From assembly GCA_951406725.2 (NCBI GenBank), contig OX597825.1, positions 50,344,001 to 50,408,000 on the forward strand: a DNA stretch of 64,000 bases, given 5' to 3'. Under the pieces are notes generated by a model. That model had not been told where the DNA came from, did not search any database, and saw nothing but the letters and a program-made list of their open reading frames with translations. Positions within the stretch are counted from its first letter, which is position 1; the number at the start of each line of letters is the position of its first letter. Below are positions 54,493 through 64,000 of this stretch, in pieces. The translations under genes were made by a program, and so were the position numbers. This stretch comes from Octopus vulgaris (Eukaryota).

Positions 54493-56664
54493 ATGGAGAA
54501 TGAATGGGAGGAGAGCCTGCCAAATGTTAACCTAATTGAGGGACCAGCTGCCCAAATCAACAGTACCCTGGTAGATACAGCAATTAAAGATATCAAGACA
54601 GAAAAAGCCCCCAGCCCATCAGGAATCACTGCTGAGATGCTTAAAATATCTGGTGATGAGGGTTATGGTCCAGTATATTCTAAACCAGGTAGTTCATGAA
54701 GGAGTCATACCCATTGACTGATGTTGTAGCACCATAGTCAACTACTACAAAGGCAAAGGTGATGCTTTAGATAGAAATAACTACAGGGGTATCAAACAGC
54801 TGGATCAGGTGATGAGCATCATGGAGAGGGTCATAGCCCAACTAATTAGGGAGAGAGTTAGCTGAGATGAGATGTAGTTTGGTTTTGTGCCAGGTAGAAG
54901 CAGGTAGATGCTGTATTTCTGGTAAGGCAACTGCAGGAGAAATACCTAACCAAACATAAAGCTCTTTATTTGGCTCTTGTTGATTTGGAGAAAGCCTTTG
55001 GCAGGGTCCCCTAATCCTTTATCTGGTGGTCAATGCGGAAACTAGGGAGAGATGAGTGGTTGGTAAGAACTGTACAAGCCCTGTACAGGGATGCTGTCAG
55101 TAAGGTGAGAGTTGGCAATAAGTATAGTGAAGAATTCCGGGTAGAAGTAAGGGTTCACCAAGAATCAGTCCTCAGCCCCCTCTCATTCATCATAGTCCAC
55201 CAGGCAATAACAGAGGAATTCAAGACAAGCTTCCTCAGGGAGCTCCTCTATGTTGATGACCTTACTGTAATAGCTGAGTCACTACCAGAACTAGAGATGA
55301 AGTTTCAAGTGTGGAAATATGGTCTAGAATCGAAGGGCTTTAGAGTCAATGCTGTAAAAACCAAAGTCCTAGTAAGTAAGAAGGTAATCAAATCACTAAA
55401 CCCTGCCCGATCTGTAGAAAAGGCATAGGTAGAAACTCCATAAGATCTACCCAGTGAAAGCTATGGACACATAAGAGGTGCAGCAATATCAAAGGAAGGT
55501 TAAGCAGAAAGATAGTTTTGTATGTGGCAGATGCACAAGGACAATAAACACCAAAGATGTACAGAAAACAGGGGGAGAAACAAGAGGTACTTGACAGCTT
55601 CTTCTACCTAGATGACCAAGTCTGTAGGTGGGTTAGATGCTCCGAGAGTGTTGCCACTTGAATAAGAATAACCTGGGCAAAGTTCAGAAAGCTCCTACCT
55701 CTGCTGGTAACAAAAGGTCTCTCACTCAGAGTGAAAGGTAGACTGTATGATGCATGTGTGCAAACAGCTATGCTATGATAGCAGTGAAATGCAGGCCATA
55801 GCTGTTGAGGACACACATAGGCTTGAAAGAAATGAAGCTAGTATGATCCGCAGGATTTGTAATGTCAGTGTGCATACACGACAGAGTTTAAATGCCCCGA
55901 GAGAAATCTTGGACATAAGAAGCATCAGATGTGGTGTGCAAGAGAGACAACTGCACTGGTATGGTCATGTGCTGTGTGAAGAAGTATCACACCCTAACAG
56001 TGGAAGGAACCCATGGAAGAGGGAGACCCAGAAAGACATGGGATGAGGTGGTAAAGCACGACCTTCGAACATTGGGCCTCACAGAGACAATGACAAGAGA
56101 CCGAGACCTTTGGAGATATTTTGTGATTGAGGAGACCCGACAAGTAAAGTGAGATCACAGCTGTGGCCGGTGCCACAGTTGCATAACCAGCCCATGTAAA
56201 AGTACTTTTGAATCGTTGGGCAATACGTTGCACTTGAGAAGACCTATTGAGTCAAGTAAAATCAAAATGGAAATCATAATTGTAGCCGATGCCAGTGCCA
56301 CCTGACTGTCACCCATGGTGGTGGCACGTAATAAGCACTAATCAAGCGTGAGTCAATGCCAGTGCCATCTGACTGGCTCCCCATGTGAGAGGCACGTAAA
56401 AGCACCATCAAAATGTGGTAATTGCCAGTGTCCCCCGACTGGCTCCTGTGCTGATAGCATCCAGACTGACTGGCTCCTATACTGGTGGCACATAAAAAGC
56501 ACCCACTACACACTCAGAGTGGTTGGCATTAAAAAGGGTATCCAGCTGTAGAAACTTTGCCAGATCAGATTGGAGCCTGGGGCAGCCATCTGGTTTGCCA
56601 GTCTTCAGTCAAACCGCCCAACCCATGCCAGCATACAAAATGAATGTTAAATGATGATGATGAT
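54493..56664 (+). mobile_element. 5'-truncated RTE-clade LINE with decayed reverse transcriptase and 3' UTR
   Basis: KAPSPSGITAEMLK, NYRGIK, VDLEKAFGRVP, VHQESVLSP, LLYVDDL, LHWYGHV, GRGRPRKTW motifs with stops and frameshifts; (GAT)n tail. Confidence 0.92.
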
Positions 56665-57242
56665 ATATATACATATATATACATACATATATGCATACAT
56701 ACATACATACATACATACGTACATATACATACATACATATATATATATATGTACATATATAGACATACACATACATATATATATATGGACATATATACAC
56801 ATACACATACATACATTTGTGTGTGCCTACACATGCATAGAATATACCTATGTACATATATACATATATCATACACACACACATACGTGGCATTCTGTTG
56901 GTTATGATAACAAAGAATCCAGTTGATCCAATCAACAGAACAGTCTGCTTGTGAAATTAATGTGCAAGTGGCTGAGTACTCCACAGATATATGTACCCTT
57001 AACATAGTTCTTGGGGAGATTCAGAATGACACAGAAGGCGACAAGGCTGGCCTTTTGAAATGCAGGTACAACATAGACAGGAAGAAAGAGTGAAAGAGTA
57101 CAGTAGGGTTTGCCACCACCCCTTGCTGGAGCTTCATGGAGCTTTAGGCGTTTTCGCTCAATAAACACTCACAAGGATAAGGATTAAAATAGAAGAATAA
57201 AGAGTAAAAGTAGTCAGACTAATATAGGCAGGAGAATATTGT

Positions 57243-57360
57243 TCACAACTCATATTTTTCCAGAGGATATGGATGTTGGTCAGTACTTCTATGAAGGTAA
57301 AGGTCTGTTGTTAAAATCCCACGTAAATCCAAGCAGTATTTGATGTATTCATATTGTAAA
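57243..57360 (-). pseudogene. possible Penelope RT C-terminal remnant
   Basis: YCLDLRGILTTDLYLHRSTDQHPY resembles the FLD...L.TDLY.KPTD.H.YL motif. Confidence 0.45.
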
Positions 57361-57554
57361 TGTGTGTATAGAGCAAGAAAGTATGGACGTAAATAGGTTT
57401 TGTGAGTCAGTGAGAGGAGAGAAAGAGAGATATGAGAAAGGAATAAAAAATAAGATGGTAGTAAAAGGGTACAAAATAAGAATAAAATAAACATATAAAT
57501 AAAAATAATAATAATAAAATAAAAGTAACTTAAGATAAAAATGATCTATACAAA

Positions 57555-57983
57555 TTATTTTTAGACTATGTTGTATGGAGCTGTACGAAATATTAAAGCC
57601 ATCGAATAATGAATATTTAATTAATGATAAATTAGACCAACATCTTTTATGTATACATAAAATAATCTGTACCTTTGAATATTTTAAGGACATCACATAA
57701 CCTTTATCCTAGGACAAAACAACCTCAGTCCCCAAACTTTCTCTTCCCAAAGTTCAATAAACTGCATAGTCTTCTCCTTTTTCCCATTTCAACACATCCT
57801 ATCCCTAATTACTATATTCTAAAACCTAGAATAGAGGTTATGTGATGTTCTTAAAATATTCAAAGATATGGGTTACTTTACGTATACATGAAAGATGATG
57901 GTCTAATTTATTATTAATTAAATATTCATTATTCGATTGCTTTAATATTTCGTACACCTCCAAACAGCATAGTCTAAAAATAA
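57555..57983. repeat. inverted repeat, about 159-bp arms and 111-nt spacer
   Basis: 57555-57713 is the diverged inverted complement of 57825-57983. Confidence 0.85.
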
Positions 57984-59099
57984 CATTATTTGCATAGTAG
58001 GTGATAATAAAGGAACTAAACTTCTATCCAGTTTGCCTAGTATTATGTATTTGTGGTACACATTCATATCTAACCTATAAACTAACAGCCTACACACCCT
58101 TAGCAAGCTTTTTCAATTCCACTAGGTAAAGAATCTTTTTACTAAGTTATTGTTATTTGTGCTGCTCAAAATAATGAAGCAACATATCATCTGAACTTCT
58201 CACCTATGCCTATCAGTTTTAACGACACCAATAAATCAAACTAAAATGTTAATTAATAGATAACTGCTACCTACTTGTTTGCTAAGATATTTGATCAGGT
58301 ATACCCTCTTTGTTCTGTATTAAGTGATATATATTAGGTAATTCTCTTATTCTTCGAACTTCAAAACTGAAATGACAGGTAGTACACTAATATTACTACC
58401 TTTAATTTCCTTACACACCATTTGTAACAGTAATAATTCCATTCCAAGTGCACATGTTCTCTTATTACAAGTGGGTTTCTCTATTGCATATAATGTATTT
58501 GTTTCTACATTAACAGCGTACCTCTATTTTTCTCTACCAGATGAAATTATCACACAAAACACAACCATTCTACAATTACTAGAACTAATTATTTGAGTTC
58601 CCATCCAACCCTCCTCCACCGTTAACCACTATCCCCCGTATAACCCCAAATTCTGAAGGTATCTCATCCCTCTTCTCTTTGAACTTTAATCTTTAACAAG
58701 GGCATGCTACAAGATAACCCTGTACTTAATTGACTTTATTCATTTATTTATTAATTTTTTACTTTACTTTTCTTACCTTGTCTTCAGTTCATTTCCTGCT
58801 ACCTACATTTTTAATCCTAGTGTAAAAAAAAAATAACAAAAAAATACATATATAATTACCTATACTTCATCTCCAGTTTCTGACATGAACCAATCTAGCT
58901 GACTCCAATTTACATCCTCTACCCCACCATCCTTGGATGGTGACCATAAATATATTACCCCTATTCACTAACTAATTTCTTAACAGAACTCCACCCCTTA
59001 ATGACCATTTTTTTGTTTTTCCTCCCATCTCATGGTTAGCCTTGGCTGGCTTCGGGTATATTCTCTTGCATCCTTGGCAGTGGTAGGACACCTGTCTCT

Positions 59100-59673
59100 A
59101 TATCTTCTGGATCCATTCCAAGTTACTTCATAGTAATCCTTATACCATCCTTAAACTTTGTTTTTAGGTTTATGCCTATAGCATTTCCCCTCTGCAAGCT
59201 TAAAAAAAACAGCTGTTTCAGCATACATACATCTGCCATTTGAACGATATGGCCACACCATCTCATTTGGTTCCTCAAAATCATAACTTTCATTGAGCTG
59301 ATGCCTGCATATGCAAGGACATCTGTGTTAGGAGTAAAAGAACTCCATTTAATTCTTAAAATGTGATGAAGGCATTTTTGGTGGAATTGTTCTAACAATT
59401 TAAAATACCTTTCATAACAGGTCCATGTTTCACAAGAATACAATTGGGATGGTAAGACAAATGATTTGTAAAGAGCCAGCTTTGTATTCTTATTTATATG
59501 TCGCTGGCACCAAACGCGTGACTCCAAGCCACCAAATGCTTTTACTACCATTTGAATTCACAGATGTATTTGAGTCTCAAGATTTCCATCATTTTGTACA
59601 GAGCTTCCAAGGTAGATGAACAAATCAACAACCTTAAGTAACTTACTCTTAACAAAAATTTTAGGCGGGTTAC
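59100..59673 (-). pseudogene. RTE (BovB-like) LINE ORF remnant
   Basis: [68 protein letters not shown]. Confidence 0.88.
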
Positions 59674-59678
59674 AATAC

Positions 59679-59759
<81 letters not shown>

Positions 59760-59969
59760 TATACATATACAAATATATATAATATACTTGCATATACATA
59801 TGATGGCCGTCCACTCGTGACCGAAGAAGACCATTGCCAACCTTCAGGAACATTGTGCGCTCTATATACACACACATACACACACACATACAAATGCATA
59901 TACATATATATATATATACAAATATATAGATATATACCTGCATATACTTACATATTTATATACACATGT

Positions 59970-60000
<31 letters not shown>

Positions 60001-60089
60001 CTGTGTAAGAAACCATTAGTCAGAAAAACATGCACTCATATATTTGTCAATAGAATGAGTAATATATATATATATAAACACACACACAT

Positions 60090-60214
60090 TCTTTTATTTG
60101 TTTCAGTCATTTGACTGCAACCATGCTGGAGCACTGCCTTTAGTCGAACCACTAAGCTATGGGGACGTAAACACACCAACTTTGGTTGTCAAGTGATGGT
60201 GGGGGAACCAACAG

Positions 60215-60258
<44 letters not shown>

Positions 60259-60423
60259 GCATCAGCCTTCTTTCAGTTTCCATCTACCAAATCCATTCAC
60301 AAGGATTTTGTCGGACCGAGGATATAGTAGAAGACACTTGCCCAAGGTGCCATGTAGTGGGACTGAACCCAAAGCCATGTGGTTGGTAAGCAAGCTACTT
60401 ACCACACAGCCACTCCTATGCCT
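60090..60423 (-). mobile_element. SINE family A with internal deletion
   Basis: Reverse complement of family head and tail. Confidence 0.8.
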
Positions 60424-60437
60424 ATACCTATATACAT

Positions 60438-60476
<39 letters not shown>

Positions 60477-61555
60477 CATGCATATACATACATACACACA
60501 AACACACACACATATATATGCATGCTCACACACCCATATAGATAGAGATAGGAGGGATAAGGAGGGAGAGAGAGGGGGCAACAGAAAGAGAGAAAGAATA
60601 ACTCCTCAACACAACAAAACTTAATAAAGCATAAGTATGTAATTTTCAACATTTCAAACAATGAAAATTTTCATAAATGACCATCATATCTAAAAGAATT
60701 TATCTTATTTTCTATAGAAGAGAAATATGTGGATCTTCAATATTATTACTACCACCACCATCATTCTTTGATAGTTTTTCCATACTGATGTTGGTTATTC
60801 ATGTGTTGTCCTCTGCAACAATTTCTTGCTGCCATCCTTTATCCTTTTCTTTATCCCAAATCAACTTCCCCCACATCTTTCCATGTTTTCATCTTCTACA
60901 TGATTATCTCATTTTGTTTACGTGGTAGTACTTCCTTATGTAGCTGTTTACCTCCATAAGCAACACGTGTAAAGACTAGCCCAGTCATCTCTATTGCACA
61001 CTTCCTCTGCTTCCTCTTATATCTTGTTTGTTTGTTCTGTTGCTTAAGCACACTTATACAGCACATCCAGTAGAGAATGCTTGCCTTATTTCTTCCAATC
61101 TTTCACACACCCTCTGCATCCAGTACCCATAATCTCTTACTATATAACACAGCTCCTTCTACACAACCATTATTCAATCTTCCCTTCCTCAAAATCAATC
61201 CTTTTCAAGCTAGCAATTTAATAATAGTTATTGAACTTATTTCACATCAATCATACAATAGTTGCTACAGTTTTGGAACAACATCTTTCATCCTTTTTGT
61301 AGAATATTTAGTCATGGACAACTGCAAAAGTACACTGTTATGGTAGAATATGCAGATATGAACAATGGTAGAAATTGCATATTATTGTGAGATTACATTG
61401 GCATGAACAACTGTGAAGTGTTACATGGTTTACTTTGATACAGAAGAGAGAAAGTCCAAAGCCCTTACAAACACTTTCACACTGGTTGAAATGGTGCATA
61501 TTTGTGAGTCACTGATGGTTTGTGTTGCAACATGACAAGATCTACAGAAACTGCA

Positions 61556-61612
<57 letters not shown>

Positions 61613-61666
61613 CTTCGTATATTTATACCCCAGTGTCACTTGATGGCAGGCACTGCTCTCTCACTC

Positions 61667-61711
<45 letters not shown>

Positions 61712-61765
61712 CTTCGTATATTTATACCCCAGTGTCACTTGACGGCAGGCACTGCTCTCTCACTC

Positions 61766-61805
<40 letters not shown>

Positions 61806-62124
61806 GTTGTGATGCAGTACCAGGCAGTGGCTCTCATGGCTTCTGGTTTTAACTGATTGGATGTGTTTGTACATGTTTTGTCTTGGTGTAAAAGATGGGG
61901 TATAGCAAATATTATGCTCAATACCAGAGAGTTGCTTGACCATAACCAGTTGAGCATGTCCCTCAGTGGCTGACAATATGTGCATCTCTTATCATAAGCA
62001 GTGGAGGAGCATCATAGCCATGTGTTGAGTGAAATTCTTTGGGGTTTGAATAGTTCACCTCTGGAAATATGTGTGTTTCATTCATCATCGTTTAACTTTG
62101 ATTGCATGTGTTGCTCTCTCGCTC

Positions 62125-62170
<46 letters not shown>
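61556..62170 (+). mobile_element. (AAT)n tract holding two 57-bp 3' ends and one deleted copy of the AAT-flanked element
   Basis: Units 61610-61666 and 61709-61765 differ at one base; 61803-62124 is homologous to 15011-15564. Confidence 0.75.
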
Positions 62171-64000
62171 TCTCTTGAACAAAAAGAGCAAAAAAGTAAT
62201 ATCTGAGTGAATTGACACAGTATATAACTGGTATTTTACTACCAGTCCAGTTTACCATTGGTACTTACTTTATCAATAAAATATTTCACTGTTGGTAATT
62301 ACTTTACTAATTGGTAGTTATTGTAACAATCAGGAAGATGAATAATAAATCAGGATTTAAATTTTGATTACATACAGATGAAACTAAATTCTGTAAGTTA
62401 TTTAGTACTACACTCTAACAAATATCAGCAGACAATTCTGTATAATCCTTAATGGTCCACCATTTTTACCAAATGTCACCTTCCTGTCAATTTTATATAA
62501 TTCTATAATGTATTACAATGGTTTACCATTTGTACCAAATATCAGATACATTACAATTCTAATTGATAATATTTCCTCTTCAGATAAGAAAAATGGTAAC
62601 TCCTTAATTTGATTGCAAGAAATTGCTAAAATTTATTTAATGAAACAAAAAGAACAGAAGACAAAACTGACTTCAACAAAATTTGGACTGAGAATGTGAG
62701 GTTGATAGGACACTGAATAAAGTATTTGGGTAGATGCACTTCTGACTTCTCATACAGTCCAGATAAAATACAAAATAACAACAGAAGTTATTAAAGGCAG
62801 AAGGATTAACAATGTATTAAGTGATAAATGTAATGCTGTACAGGTGTGTTCACAGGGCTCTTTCCTTCCACCCTTCTCTGTATTATAGTTCTTGAAGCAA
62901 TAAGACAAAAACTCAAAATTGGGTACCCTCAATAGTTATTATTTGTTGATGACTTCTGTGTCACAGCAGAAATTATCAAAGGCTTTCAAAAGAACTTCCA
63001 AAACTAGATTATTGGGCTGCAGTTAAAAACCTTAATAGTCAATGAGTTAAAGACCAAAGAACTACGTCAAATCAACCCCAAGGAGACATTTTTGTTAAAT
63101 ATTTAAGAAGGGAATGGCGAGAAGTTTATAAAAGACAGATAACAGAGATAAAGTGGTTAACTACAAAAGGTACCAAAAGGTGTCTGAAGAAAAGACATTC
63201 TATGGCTATAGAATGTAAATGAGAGTATATAATATTGCTAAAAATGTTAAACAGTAGTTTTGTTTAGTCTACATTATCAATAGATAGATTTCAATATGAT
63301 GATGAAAAGAAGTGGAGAGAAGAAGAAGAAATTAAACTTGCCCTAATGGAAGTGGAATAACAAACCTGACTAGCATTCCAAATGTGTGTACACTGTTTTC
63401 TGGATATAATATCTAATATAGGGTTTTTGTAGTGTCTCTACAACCTTACTTCAGACAGCTAAACACTGAGTAAGAGAGTATATAGGGAAGTTACCAGCAC
63501 ATACTAGTATCCTATCCAAGTGATAAGATGTAAAGCCTCACATTAACACAAAAGAGTTAAAGAGTAAAGAGTTAGGCACAAGTTATGAAACTTTCTAATA
63601 TGTGAAAGGGTTAACCACTAAGTAAAAAAAAAGACTATCACTATTACACACACACTGAAGAACACAGACATCATTTGAATGAATATAGCCAGCATTTCCT
63701 TGTGTATTGATTCTTTGCTTCTGACTTTGAAATTTCATAAGGAACTGTTTAATTTCCATTGTCTGGGGAGAATGTATTCATGTGATACGAACTTGTTGAA
63801 TGATACGAGTTGTGTAATTAACCTTATTTATTCACTGATTCTTCAGTCTGTTACCTATCCCATTATGCTACAATACACCGGTTATGTCTGCATCAAAACA
63901 TTTATTGGAGGGCCTGATGATATAAGTTAATATATCTACATTGAAACACATTGCTGCCATAATGTTGCTTTTTATTTCAATCGGAAACAATCCCAAATGA

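Noticed and set aside
61556-61802. CRISPR-like alternation of repeat and spacer
   Set aside because: The spacers are (AAT)n, the context is eukaryotic, and there are no cas genes.

Overview
AT-rich, microsatellite-saturated eukaryotic DNA. The SINE, RTE and Penelope repertoire looks like an octopus (coleoid cephalopod) genome; this is an inference from recalled repeat families, not from a search. No intact host gene is visible. Most ORFs in the track are translations of (TA)n, (CA)n or (AAT)n. The window is a transposon landscape: a near-intact irritans-type mariner (12432-13724), a decayed maT/DD37D-like element, RTE and R4/Dong LINE remnants, Helitron pieces, two tRNA-type SINE families in many copies, and many Penelope-like element (PLE) fragments. 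The most striking signal is a set of unrelated, asymmetric fold-back elements, mostly embedded in (TA)n. They carry minimal type I hammerhead ribozyme motifs. One has a tRNA-like head and a 14-bp target-site duplication (43244-43735), and one has a compensated G3-C8 core (45044-45092). A possible RFX X-box with a spliced exon lies near 10.2-10.9 kb. All coordinates were read by eye; ends of decayed repeats are approximate.
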